Both the position numbers and the translations under genes were made by a program. Positions 1 through 9,191 of a DNA stretch of 52,387 bases are shown piece by piece. The number at the start of each line of letters is the position of its first letter. Positions within the stretch are counted from its first letter, which is position 1. The DNA is from Dehalococcoidia bacterium (GTDB taxonomy: Bacteria > Chloroflexota > Dehalococcoidia > Dehalococcoidales > BS750m-G39). The stretch spans positions 1 through 52,387 of the forward strand of contig DUEC01000014.1 of assembly GCA_011176635.1 (NCBI GenBank). Direction: 5' to 3'. Below the pieces are notes generated by a model. That model saw nothing but the letters and a program-made list of their open reading frames with translations. It had not been told where the DNA came from and made no database searches.

Positions 1-1200
1 CGGATGTATGCTACTAACCGCCCGGCAGCGATTTTCTATGCGATGGGCATTACCCAGCACTCTCACGGCACCGATAACGTCATCGCCACTGCCAACCTGG
101 CAATGCTCACCGGAAACGTGGGCAAGCCGGGCACGGGGGTAAACCCATTGAGGGGGCAGAATAACGTCCAGGGAGCCTGTGACGTGGGTGCCCTGCCTAA
201 CGTCTACCCTGGCTACCAAGCAGTGGCTGACGGCGATATCAGGAGCAAGTTTGAAGCCGCCTGGGGAGGCTCGTTGCCGCAAGAGCCCGGGCTGACCATC
301 ACCGAGATGATTGATGCCGCCTACGACAGGAAGATAAAGGCTATCTACCTTATGGGGGAGAACCCTCTGCTCAGCGAGCCCGATATCAGCCACGCCAGGG
401 AGGCTTTAGAAAAGCTTGATTTCCTGGTGGTCCAGGACATCTTCCTCTCCGAGACGGCCCAGCTGGCCGATGTCGTCCTGCCCGGGGCCAGCTTTGCCGA
501 GAAGGAGGGCACCTTCACCAACACCGAGCGGCGGGTACAGAGGGTAAGAAAGGCGATAGAGCCGATAGGCGACTCCAGGCCCGACTGGTGGATTACCTGC
601 CAGGTAGCTAAGAAAATGGGCAACGGCGGTTTTGATTTCGCCAGCCCGGCCAAGATTATGGACGAGATTGCCTCTCTCACCCCCAGCTACGGGGGAATCA
701 GCTATAAGCGCTTAGAGAAAGGCGGTTTGCAGTGGCCTTGTCCAACCAAAGAGCACCCCGGGACGCCCATTCTTCATACCAAGCAGTTTACCCGGGGCAA
801 GGGGCGCTTTATCCCCCTGGAGTACAAGCCGCCGATGGAGCTTCCCGATAGGAAATACCCGCTGGTCCTGACCACGGGACGCAGTCTCTACCACTTCCAC
901 ACCGGCACCATGACCAGAAGGGTAGAAGGGCTCAATATACTTAAAGGGGAGGCGGTGGAGATGAACCCTGAGGATGCCTCGGCTCTGGGCATCGCTGATG
1001 GCGAGAAGGTAAAGGTCATCTCAAGGCGGGGAGAGGTAACCGCCACTGCCAAAATAACCGGGGTTTCACCGCCGGGGGTGGTATTCATGGCCTTCCACTT
1101 CGCCGAAAGCCCGGCTAATATGCTGACCAACCCCGCTATCGACCCGGTGGCAAAGATACCCGAGTACAAGGTCTGCGCCGCCAGGGTCGAGAAGATATAG
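1..1200 (+). CDS. fdhA: Formate dehydrogenase alpha subunit (molybdopterin oxidoreductase), C-terminal ~400 aa; 5' end outside window
   Basis: The ORF is open to the window edge. The translation reads like the core and C-terminal molybdopterin-dinucleotide-binding domain of Fdh-type enzymes (GRSLYHFHTGTMTRR; VEMNPEDA..GIADGEKVKVISRRGEV; PGVVFMAFHF; DPVAKIPEYKVCAARVEK). Confidence 0.8.
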   Translation, partial: RMYATNRPAAIFYAMGITQHSHGTDNVIATANLAMLTGNVGKPGTGVNPLRGQNNVQGACDVGALPNVYPGYQAVADGDIRSKFEAAWGGSLPQEPGLTITEMIDAAYDRKIKAIYLMGENPLLSEPDISHAREALEKLDFLVVQDIFLSETAQLADVVLPGASFAEKEGTFTNTERRVQRVRKAIEPIGDSRPDWWITCQVAKKMGNGGFDFASPAKIMDEIASLTPSYGGISYKRLEKGGLQWPCPTKEHPGTPILHTKQFTRGKGRFIPLEYKPPMELPDRKYPLVLTTGRSLYHFHTGTMTRRVEGLNILKGEAVEMNPEDASALGIADGEKVKVISRRGEVTATAKITGVSPPGVVFMAFHFAESPANMLTNPAIDPVAKIPEYKVCAARVEKI

Positions 1201-1238
1201 CCGAAGCATGGCTCTGAGTCAGGCGTAAGGGGTAAAAA

Positions 1239-1892
1239 ATGAAAACAATCACGGCACAAAAACCATTTGAGGAGCTGAGCGAAGCTCTCAGCGGAGCGGA
1301 GAGGATATATGTGGTGGGCTGCGGCACCTGCGCCACCATGCTGCACACCGGCGGCAAATCCGAGGTTCTGGATATGAAAGAGAAGCTTGAGGCGGCAGGT
1401 AAAAAGGTTACCGGATGGATGGTCATCCCTACCGCCTGCGACGAACTCAGCAAAGACGCCCTGGGAGAGAGCATTCAGGAAATTGAGCAAGCCGATTGTA
1501 TCCTGGTCATGGCCTGCGCCTTCGGGGTCCAAACCGTTAGCCTTTATAGCGATAAGCCGGTCTATCCGGCACTAAACACCCTGTTCGTCGGCAAGGAAGA
1601 AACACCGGGGCACTTTATCGAGGTCTGCATGCAGTGCGGCAACTGCATTCTAGCCAGGACGGCGGGTATCTGCCCCCTGGTCAGATGCGCCAAGAGCCTG
1701 CTCAACGGGCCCTGCGGCGGCTCGGTAGACGGCAAGTGCGAGGTATCGCCCGATATACCCTGCGCCTGGCAAATAATCTATGACCGCCTGGCGGCTCTGG
1801 GGCAGTTAGACAAACTGGAGGAGATTGTGCCCATTCGGGACTGGAGCACCAGCCGCGAGGGAGGGCCCCGCACCATTATTATATCGGACTAA
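1239..1892 (+). CDS. metV: MetV-like zinc-finger partner of methylene-THF reductase (MTHFR_C-type domain)
   Basis: Cys-rich C-terminal half (CMQCGNC..CPLVRCAKSLLNGPCGG..GKCEV..CAW) is typical of acetogen-type MetV. It lies in the same strand cluster as metF. Confidence 0.65.
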   Translation: MKTITAQKPFEELSEALSGAERIYVVGCGTCATMLHTGGKSEVLDMKEKLEAAGKKVTGWMVIPTACDELSKDALGESIQEIEQADCILVMACAFGVQTVSLYSDKPVYPALNTLFVGKEETPGHFIEVCMQCGNCILARTAGICPLVRCAKSLLNGPCGGSVDGKCEVSPDIPCAWQIIYDRLAALGQLDKLEEIVPIRDWSTSREGGPRTIIISD

Positions 1893-1914
1893 ACCAGACT
1901 TTTAAAGGACGGCA

Positions 1915-3348
1915 ATGAATACCAGCGACAAGAGCGAGCGCTTCTTAAGCCAGGGGGACGAGCCGGAGCACAACCCTGAGGAAGCCGCCATCAGGATGTG
2001 GCTCAGGGTCTTCGTCACCATAAGGTGGATTACCATTCTGGGCATTATTTCAGCCACCCTGGTGGCGTCAAGGATATTCGACATTCAGTTCCCCATAGCC
2101 GCCGCTTTCGGAACATGTGGTTTTGTCGCCCTGTGTAACCTGGCGCTGTTATTCCAGGCTCGAAGAATAGAAAAGATGCCGGCCAGCCAGGTAGTCCGCA
2201 AGGCTAGAACTGTTGGTACCATCCACCTCTTGCTTGACCTGCTGGCATTCATCGTACTGCTTCATTTCACCGGAGGAATAGAGAACCCCTTCGTCTTCTA
2301 CTTTGTGCTCCACATCATCGGGGCTAGCATAATGCTCCACTATAGGGTAGTTTACATGTTAGCCATCTCGAAAATTGTTGCGGTTATGCTGCTGGTCGGC
2401 TTGGAATATAGTGAGGTGATACCTCACGTCAATCTAGCCGGATTTGCTCCCCCCACACTATACCAGCAAGAAAGCTATATTCTGGCTGTTCTTGTTGTTT
2501 TAGCCACCGCTCTCTTCGCCACTGCCTATATGGCCACCTCGGTCCAGGGCGAGCTAAGAAAGAGGCAGCGTGAGGTGGTGCGACTAACTCAGCGCCTGCT
2601 GAAGAAGAGGACCGGGGAGCTGAAGCAGGCTTCAAGGGAAGTAGCCAAGCTGGAAGAGGCCAGGGACCGCTTCCTCCGCTTTCTGGGGGTAACCGTTCAC
2701 GACCTGAAAGCGCCACTCACCGCCATTCAGAGTTACTTCTGGGTCATGCTGGGCGGATTTGCCGGGGAAATCACCGAAAAGCAGAGGAATATGCTGGAGA
2801 GAAGCAGCCAGAGGATTAAAGAACTGCTGACCCTGGTCAGCGACCTTTTGGATATTCCCCGCATTGATACCGGACAGATTACCCAGGAGATGAAAGACGT
2901 CTCTTTGAGCCAGCTAGTCAAGGCTTCTATAGCCGACTTGAGTGAACAGGCGAAGCAGAAGAAGGTAAAGCTAAAGGCAGAAATCCCTCAAGGTCTGCCC
3001 AAGATTCACGGCGCCGGTCCCAGGCTCCAGCAGGCGATAACCAACCTGATAGGCAACGCCATCAACTATACGCCCGAGGGGGTGGTGACCATCAGGGTAA
3101 AGGAAGGGGATAAGGCGATAGAGGTTGAAGTTATTGATACCGGCATTGGTATCCCCCCTGACGACCTGCCCCATGTCTTTGACGACTTCTTCCGCGCCAG
3201 CAATGTGGAGGTGAAGGGGACCGGTCTGGGGCTATCCATAACCAAGAGGATTGTGGAAACTCACGGGGGCAGGATAAGGGCTGAGAGCCCCTGCCCGGAG
3301 ACCAACAAGGGGAGCAGATTTAGTTTTACTCTGCCCAAGAAACGTTAA
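1915..3348 (+). CDS. Membrane sensor histidine kinase
   Basis: N-terminal half is multi-pass hydrophobic, followed by a coiled coil, the H-box VTVHDLKAPLTAI, and HATPase_c boxes (NLIGNAINYT, DTGIGI, GTGLGLS). Confidence 0.85.
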   Translation: MNTSDKSERFLSQGDEPEHNPEEAAIRMWLRVFVTIRWITILGIISATLVASRIFDIQFPIAAAFGTCGFVALCNLALLFQARRIEKMPASQVVRKARTVGTIHLLLDLLAFIVLLHFTGGIENPFVFYFVLHIIGASIMLHYRVVYMLAISKIVAVMLLVGLEYSEVIPHVNLAGFAPPTLYQQESYILAVLVVLATALFATAYMATSVQGELRKRQREVVRLTQRLLKKRTGELKQASREVAKLEEARDRFLRFLGVTVHDLKAPLTAIQSYFWVMLGGFAGEITEKQRNMLERSSQRIKELLTLVSDLLDIPRIDTGQITQEMKDVSLSQLVKASIADLSEQAKQKKVKLKAEIPQGLPKIHGAGPRLQQAITNLIGNAINYTPEGVVTIRVKEGDKAIEVEVIDTGIGIPPDDLPHVFDDFFRASNVEVKGTGLGLSITKRIVETHGGRIRAESPCPETNKGSRFSFTLPKKR

Positions 3349-3369
3349 ACTTAAAGGGAGGAGAGGACG

Positions 3370-4287
3370 ATGAAAGCGGGAACCAACCTGGAGAAGGTCC
3401 TGGAAAGTGGGATGTTTGCCGTCACCGCCGAGGCCGGCCCGCCCAAGGGTACCAGCGCCGCCGTAATGCAGCGGAAGGGAGAGGCGCTTCGTCACTGCTG
3501 TGACGCCGCCAATGTGACCGATAATCAGACAGCTATCGTGCGCATGTCCAGCCTGGCTGGCTGCGTTCTGCTCAAGCAGCAGGGCGTCGACCCGGTGATG
3601 CAGATAGTCTGCCGCGACCGCAACCGGATAGCCATTCAAAGCGACGTCCTGGGGGCTATAGCCCTGGGCATTGGCAATATCCTCTGTCTTTCCGGTGACC
3701 ACCAAAAGTTCGGCAACCACCCCACGGCCAAGAATGTCTTTGATATTGACTCCATTCAGTTGATTCAAGCCCTGAAAAACATGCGCGACGAGAAGAAGTT
3801 CCTCTGCGATGAAGAGGTCTCCGGGGAAGTGCCCATGTTCATCGGGGCCGCCGCCAATCCCTACGCCGACCCCTTTGAGTTCCGCTTAACCAGGCTGGCC
3901 AAGAAGGTCAAGGCGGGAGCCGACTTCATTCAGACCCAGGCGGTCTACGATATAGCCAAGTTCGCCAAGTGGATGAAGATGGTTACCGACCGCGGGCTGG
4001 ACAAAGAGACACACATTCTGGCCGGGGTGATACCCATAAAGTCGGCGGGAATGGCGCGCTACATGAGAGACTATGTTTCCGGGGTAAGCGTCCCCGACGA
4101 GATAGTTTCCAGGATGGAACAGGCCAAGGAGACCAAGGAAGAGGGAGTCAGATTAGCTGTTGAGATTATCGAACAGCTCAAAGAGATACCCGGAATCCAC
4201 GGCGTCCATATTATGGCCGTAGGCTGGGAAGACATCGTCCCTGAAATCGTAGAACAGGCTGGATTATTGCCCAGGCCTGTATTATAA
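3370..4287 (+). CDS. metF: Methylenetetrahydrofolate reductase (acetogen/anaerobe type)
   Basis: MTHFR-like sequence throughout (FAVTAEAGPPKG, ANVTDNQTAIVRMSS, DFIQTQAVYD). An SD-like GGAGGAGAGG lies upstream. Confidence 0.85.
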   Translation: MKAGTNLEKVLESGMFAVTAEAGPPKGTSAAVMQRKGEALRHCCDAANVTDNQTAIVRMSSLAGCVLLKQQGVDPVMQIVCRDRNRIAIQSDVLGAIALGIGNILCLSGDHQKFGNHPTAKNVFDIDSIQLIQALKNMRDEKKFLCDEEVSGEVPMFIGAAANPYADPFEFRLTRLAKKVKAGADFIQTQAVYDIAKFAKWMKMVTDRGLDKETHILAGVIPIKSAGMARYMRDYVSGVSVPDEIVSRMEQAKETKEEGVRLAVEIIEQLKEIPGIHGVHIMAVGWEDIVPEIVEQAGLLPRPVL

Positions 4288-4302
4288 TGGCAAGGAGGAG
4301 AT

Positions 4303-4698
4303 ATGCCTAAGAAGATATTGGCCGTTGATGATGACCCTGACATCCGGGATGCCTTAACCATGATTCTCGAATCTCAAGGTTACAAGGTGATCACCGCCCA
4401 GGACGGGATAGAGGCTTTAGCCAACCTCAAGGCGGAGAAGCCGGACCTGATGATTCTCGACCTGTTGATGCCCAAGATGGACGGCTGGGCGGTCTGCAAA
4501 GAGCTCCAAGACCCGAGGTGGTCAAAGTACCGGGGTATACCCATCCTGATTCTAACCTCGGTGAGGGAGGAAGCCAGCCGCCGGCGCTACGAGCTGGAGA
4601 CCGGCCTGGAGCTGGACGTGGATGACTACGTGGAGAAGCCCTTCAGCCCCGACGTCCTGCTGGAGAGGGTGAGTCGGCTCATTAAAAAGAAGGGCTGA
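4303..4698 (+). CDS. Single-domain response regulator (CheY-like receiver)
   Basis: Acidic pocket VDDDPD, acceptor context LMILDLLMP, conserved T (LTS) and K (EKPF). No output domain. Confidence 0.85.
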   Translation: MPKKILAVDDDPDIRDALTMILESQGYKVITAQDGIEALANLKAEKPDLMILDLLMPKMDGWAVCKELQDPRWSKYRGIPILILTSVREEASRRRYELETGLELDVDDYVEKPFSPDVLLERVSRLIKKKG

Positions 4699-4706
4699 TA
4701 TAAGAA

Positions 4707-5105
4707 ATGGAAAAGCGAGCTAAAATCCTCCTCGTTGACGATGACGCCGATTTCGTGGAGGCGACCCGGCTCGTCCTGGAGAGCCAGCGCTATGAGGTAA
4801 TCGTGGCCTCCGACGGCGATGAGGGACTGCGCAAGGCGAGGGAGGAAAACCCCGATTTAATTCTCCTGGATGTAATAATGCCGGTCAAAGACGGCTTTAC
4901 CGCCGCCGAGCAGCTTAAAAAAGACCCACACCTCAGCCAAATTCCGACCCTGATGCTGACCGGTTTCGCCGCCAAGGGAACGAAAACCTCAATACCGGTC
5001 AGCCGGGGCTTTGCCCTCGAAGCCGAGGACTACATCGATAAGCCGGTCACCCCCGAAGAGCTACTGGCCAGGGTGGAAAAGCACCTGAAGAAGGCGGGCT
5101 CCTAA
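4707..5105 (+). CDS. Single-domain response regulator (CheY-like receiver)
   Basis: VDDDAD, LILLDVIMP, LTG, DKPV. It starts 8 nt after the previous receiver gene. Confidence 0.85.
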   Translation: MEKRAKILLVDDDADFVEATRLVLESQRYEVIVASDGDEGLRKAREENPDLILLDVIMPVKDGFTAAEQLKKDPHLSQIPTLMLTGFAAKGTKTSIPVSRGFALEAEDYIDKPVTPEELLARVEKHLKKAGS

Positions 5106-5280
5106 AGGGTCTTTTAAGAAACGCTCCTCGTTTTTTGAACCAGCTTTTTGTCTAACTATTTTGCCCCCGACGCTCGTCATCCCGAAAGACGCCTTAAGCA
5201 AGGCATCAATCCGGAGCTAGAAGCTCCGTTAAAAAATGCGGCCTGACTCCAACAAAACGTAAGTCAAAGGGGGGATAAAA

Positions 5281-5919
5281 ATGGTGAAGACTGGTGACCA
5301 AGCACCCAGAGAGGGACTGGGTAAGAAACTGAGGAGGCAATTCATAGCCGGCATTCTTGTCGCCATACCCCTCGGCGCCACCATAATAATATTAGTTTGG
5401 ATTTTTAATGCCATCGATAACCTTTTACAGCCGATAATCACCGACATCTGGGGGCGCACCATTCCGGGGGTAGGCTTCGGGGTGACCGTAGTACTGATTT
5501 ACATTGCCGGCGTTATCGCCAGCAATATTCTGGGGAAAAGGCTCATTCGCTACAGCGACTCTCTTCTAGTCAGGATACCGATATTCAGACAGCTCTACAC
5601 CGGCATCAAGCAAATAGTGGACAGCTTCTCGATCCCGGATAAGAGCGGTTTCTTAAGGGTAGTCCTGGTAGAGTTCCCCAGAAAAGGCATGAGGGCGATA
5701 GGCTTTGTCACCAACGAGCTGACCGATAAGTCGGGGCATAAACTCCTCAATATTCTGATACCTAACTCCCCTAACCCGATGAGCGGCTTCCTGCAGATAG
5801 TTAAAGAGGAGGAAGTAGTCCAGACTAAAGTATCGGTGGATGAAGCCCTCAAGATGATCGTCTCGGCGGGTAAAGTGACCCCCACCGGGGTGAGCGATAG
5901 ACTGGCTACTGCCGATTAA
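5281..5919 (+). CDS. DUF502-family membrane protein
   Basis: Two N-terminal TM helices and a conserved-looking core (RIPIFRQLYTGIKQ, FPRKGMRAIGFVT, PNSPNPMSGF). The family assignment is from memory. Confidence 0.55.
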   Translation: MVKTGDQAPREGLGKKLRRQFIAGILVAIPLGATIIILVWIFNAIDNLLQPIITDIWGRTIPGVGFGVTVVLIYIAGVIASNILGKRLIRYSDSLLVRIPIFRQLYTGIKQIVDSFSIPDKSGFLRVVLVEFPRKGMRAIGFVTNELTDKSGHKLLNILIPNSPNPMSGFLQIVKEEEVVQTKVSVDEALKMIVSAGKVTPTGVSDRLATAD

Positions 5920-5946
5920 GCTCCTTGCCTTTATGCCGGAAACTGG

Positions 5947-6576
5947 CTAGCTTTTCGGTTCGGGCCTGAGGGGAGGCCTGACACCAGCCGGCCACGACTT
6001 GGTCTCCAACGGCTTGCAGATAATCTCGGTGACGTGGAGCTCGTTGAGCTTGGTCGAAGGCGCGGCAATAGCCACCACGGCGGTGTCGGAACCGCGGCCG
6101 GTGCCGGTCACGGCGATTACCTTCTCCCCGATAGCCACACAGCCGCCGTCGGTCGCCATCAGGATAATCTCGACGCCGACCTTCATTCCCTGGCACAGGG
6201 TGCGAAGCAGGATAGCCATGACGCTGGGCGTCGTCGCACCGTAGAAGCCGTCGGTGTGGAACAGCATGGTGCCGAAGTGAACGCGGTGCCCCTGCTGCTC
6301 CAGCTCGGAGACCAGCGCCATCGGAAACCTCTGTCTTCCGATGAAGCCGTATTGATGTGGCACCACCACCATCTTAATCCCGGTGCCGTCAAAACGCTCT
6401 GCAGCCAGGCGAGCAGTTTCCCCCGTCGTTGAGGCGAGGACGATTTTAGTTATCCCCCGGGCCTTGGCCCTCTCAGCGGCCAAGCGCAGTGTCTCCTCGG
6501 TGTTTTCCAGGCCTGCCGTCTCAAAGTAGGTTATCTTCTCTTCCAAGTTTTCTCTCCTTCCTTTAAACAGATTCAA
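5947..6576 (-). CDS. Pyruvate kinase C-terminal (alpha/beta) domain-like protein
   Basis: 209-aa ORF (ITKIVLASTTGETARLAAERF ...) resembles stand-alone PK_C-domain proteins. The antisense ORFs on + are judged spurious. Confidence 0.45.
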   Translation of the reverse strand: MNLFKGRRENLEEKITYFETAGLENTEETLRLAAERAKARGITKIVLASTTGETARLAAERFDGTGIKMVVVPHQYGFIGRQRFPMALVSELEQQGHRVHFGTMLFHTDGFYGATTPSVMAILLRTLCQGMKVGVEIILMATDGGCVAIGEKVIAVTGTGRGSDTAVVAIAAPSTKLNELHVTEIICKPLETKSWPAGVRPPLRPEPKS

Positions 6577-6619
6577 TCAAGCCTTAAATAATATTCTAAC
6601 ATACGCACTTATCCCACCG

Positions 6620-6964
6620 TTACCCTGATGGCGGCCGGGTATTGGAGGGCGGTGGGTCCTTCATGCCCAAGCGGAAATACTCCCCGGTGTCCTTGCGCTT
6701 CCAGTTGACCGATATTCTCTGGCTGGTCGGATGAAGCATGGTAATGGCTCCCGGTCGGGGGCACTCTTCAACACAGCCGCCGCAATACCAGCATTCCTCG
6801 GCGTAAAGGACTATGGGCGGTTTCTTCTTCTCCGGGTTGGGCATCATGACATCGGTCGGGCATACCTCCACACAGAGGTTGCAGCCGTTGCAAATATCGG
6901 GATTGAACTCCACCACCTTGTTCGGTGTCGGCGGATTGGATACCATATAAACCTTATCATTCAT
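6620..6964 (-). CDS. 2x[4Fe-4S] ferredoxin, AprB-like partner of the upstream flavoprotein
   Basis: Two cluster motifs, CNGCNLCVEVCP and CWYCGGCVEECP. I prefer the ATG at 6964 (preceded by GAAAGGGGA); the track start at 6994 abuts the upstream stop and is an alternative. Confidence 0.7.
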   Translation of the reverse strand: MNDKVYMVSNPPTPNKVVEFNPDICNGCNLCVEVCPTDVMMPNPEKKKPPIVLYAEECWYCGGCVEECPRPGAITMLHPTSQRISVNWKRKDTGEYFRLGMKDPPPSNTRPPSG

Positions 6965-6994
6965 TTTATTGTATCCCCTTTCTAAATCTTCCAT

Positions 6995-8989
6995 TCAAAG
7001 ACCGCAGTGAAGCTGGTAGTTCTCCTCGTAAGTAGGGGCGTAAGGCGGCTTGAGGTGGTGGTCGAAGGGCAGTTCCCCGACCTTAACCCTGTCGTCCTCA
7101 AGTTTGATGGGAAGCAGCTTTTGCCACTGGGGCGGGTCAAGCTCGGGATAATCAAGCCGGTAAAAGTCCAGATAGAGGCTGCTTGCCTTCCGCACCAGAG
7201 AGGCGTTCATGGTCATCTCGCCAACGGTAATCAGCGAGAAGCATTCCAGCAAGCGCCCCAGCTCATGGGGGTTGGAGGCAAAAGCTTTTGCCCCCTCCGT
7301 CTCTCTTAGTTCTTTGAGTAGTCTCAGGCCCAGATTCAGGGTTAACTCGTTCTTGTACTGGCCGCAGTAGTCTTGCATAACCCTGGCGATAGCGTAGTTT
7401 AACTCCTTCCAGCCGATGCCATCCTTACTCTGTTTCAGCGGCTCATAGGCGATAGCCTTTTCCGCTTCTATCTGCTGGCGGTCTACCACTGGCTCAGGCG
7501 CCATCCTGGCATAGGCGGCTGCCTTTCTGCCGGCATACCTGCCGGTGGTGTGCGATTCGCCATGACAGCCGCCGCCGAAGAGAGAAGAACCGCCGGCGGC
7601 ATACAGGCCTTCCAGAGAAGTCTTTAAGTCCCAGTCAACCAACAAGCCGCCGCCAGCCAAGCCCCGTAGGTAGGGCGGTGACATCCCCGACCAGAAATTG
7701 GAGACGCGGTATGCCTCAGGAAGCATCACCGGCGCCTGGAGCATGTCTTTGTCCGGGTCAAAGCCGGCCTTGGTGAAGGTATCGTATATCGGTATGCGGG
7801 TCTTGCCCTCATTGCCGACCATCATGCCGAATATCGCCCTCCGTTCCGGTTCCGGCAGCCGCGTCAGGTCGGCATAGAGCGGCAGTTTAAACTCCCCTTC
7901 AAGGATGCGCTTGGGCAGGTCGGGAGTAAGCTCATTCAGGACGTACTCCTTGAGGTAATAGTAGAGGCCTATCCCTATGCCCAGCTGGAACTTCTGCCCC
8001 GCTGACGGTAGAAAACGCTCCTCTACCGTTTCCAGCTGCCGTCCCTTAAAATCAACCCAGGGCACCTCTTTGCCCTCAGCATCCACTATGGGCGTGCCGT
8101 GATAGGTGTTGCTGGCATTAGCCATGCTGTAGGGCGCGTAGCCAAAGCCGTACATCCAGCCGGGGCCGGTCTGCTCCATCAGCACGAACTCGGCGCCAGC
8201 CTTCCAGCCCACGGCCTGACCGACACCGGCGCTATTGAGGTCACCCATGGTGCCCGAGGCGGTTAGCTCCGGGGCAAACGACCATAGTCGGCCAACGCCG
8301 CCGGTGGCGATTATGGTGGCTTTCGACCTGAAAACATAGAACTCACCGCTCCGCGTATTGACGCCGGTAGCCCCGACCACTTTTGTTCCTTGCCTGCCGC
8401 CCTCGGTGAGCAGGCTGGTTATGACGATTCTATTATAGACAGCCACACCCAGCCGCTTCATCTGGTTATAGAGGCAGGTCTTGATGTTATACCCCCAGAC
8501 GCGTATAACGTGCCTGTTCTTGTAGTCGTAGGCAAACATTAACTTGGTCTCTTCGTCCCTGAAGTCGGCTCCCTTGAACTCGTCTTCAACATCCCTGATC
8601 CGGACCCCCATTTTTTCACAATCAAGCAGGGTATCCCAGCCCTCCCGGGTGGAAATATAGCGGACAGGGATGCTGGTATAGCCGTGGGCGCTGTCAAATA
8701 CCGCCCTGGTATACATTTCTGGGGTAACCTTAGAGCAGGGATTGGTGCAGGCGCCGTGCCAGTGGTCGACTCCAGCGCCGCCAGCTCCGCTCCTCTTGGC
8801 CATGCCCCTCTCGGCGACGACGGTCTTAGCCCCATTATTAGCCGCGCTTATGGCGACGTGACAGCCAGCGACACCACCACCGATAATAAGGACATCGGCG
8901 GTAACCTCGTTCACCTTGCCGTAGCCTATGGGGTAGGGCCACTCGGGAAGAGTCCCCTCTTTTTGAATATATTCGTGCCAGGTAGCCAT
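6995..8989 (-). CDS. FAD-dependent oxidoreductase of the fumarate reductase / AprA superfamily
   Basis: Dinucleotide fold DVLIIGGGVAGC, RSGAGGAGVDHW, and a C-terminal LVRK..YRLDYPELD segment like AprA/Frd flavoproteins. Length 664 aa. Confidence 0.65.
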   Translation of the reverse strand: MATWHEYIQKEGTLPEWPYPIGYGKVNEVTADVLIIGGGVAGCHVAISAANNGAKTVVAERGMAKRSGAGGAGVDHWHGACTNPCSKVTPEMYTRAVFDSAHGYTSIPVRYISTREGWDTLLDCEKMGVRIRDVEDEFKGADFRDEETKLMFAYDYKNRHVIRVWGYNIKTCLYNQMKRLGVAVYNRIVITSLLTEGGRQGTKVVGATGVNTRSGEFYVFRSKATIIATGGVGRLWSFAPELTASGTMGDLNSAGVGQAVGWKAGAEFVLMEQTGPGWMYGFGYAPYSMANASNTYHGTPIVDAEGKEVPWVDFKGRQLETVEERFLPSAGQKFQLGIGIGLYYYLKEYVLNELTPDLPKRILEGEFKLPLYADLTRLPEPERRAIFGMMVGNEGKTRIPIYDTFTKAGFDPDKDMLQAPVMLPEAYRVSNFWSGMSPPYLRGLAGGGLLVDWDLKTSLEGLYAAGGSSLFGGGCHGESHTTGRYAGRKAAAYARMAPEPVVDRQQIEAEKAIAYEPLKQSKDGIGWKELNYAIARVMQDYCGQYKNELTLNLGLRLLKELRETEGAKAFASNPHELGRLLECFSLITVGEMTMNASLVRKASSLYLDFYRLDYPELDPPQWQKLLPIKLEDDRVKVGELPFDHHLKPPYAPTYEENYQLHCGL

Positions 8990-9117
8990 GCGCCTATCCT
9001 CCTTTTGACAAATATTCTTTCACCCTCGCCCACCGACTCGTTTTCCACTGGATGTTAATTCTTCATTAGCCGAATGTCAACGGTCTCTATGAGTTGGGCC
9101 AAAAAGGGAGGGGAACA

Positions 9118-9179
9118 GTTTTCCCCAGAGTATTGACAGGTAGTAAAAAAAGTGCTATACGGTTGGACAGTTGACAAAC
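9118..9179 (+). promoter_or_regulatory. Promoter plus conserved leader, copy A (-35 TTGACA 9133-9138, 17-nt spacer, -10 TATACG 9156-9161)
   Basis: It matches 53/62 nt, ungapped, to the reverse complement of 13521-13582. It sits just upstream of the 9192 ATG. Confidence 0.6.
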
Positions 9180-9191
9180 AAAGAGGGAATA

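Noticed and set aside
5999-6432. Plus-strand ORFs (81 and 132 aa) and nested minus ORFs in 5.9-6.4 kb
   Set aside because: They are Arg/His/Gly-rich translations typical of antisense frames in GC-rich coding DNA. The 5947-6576 minus frame gives a coherent alpha/beta-domain protein.
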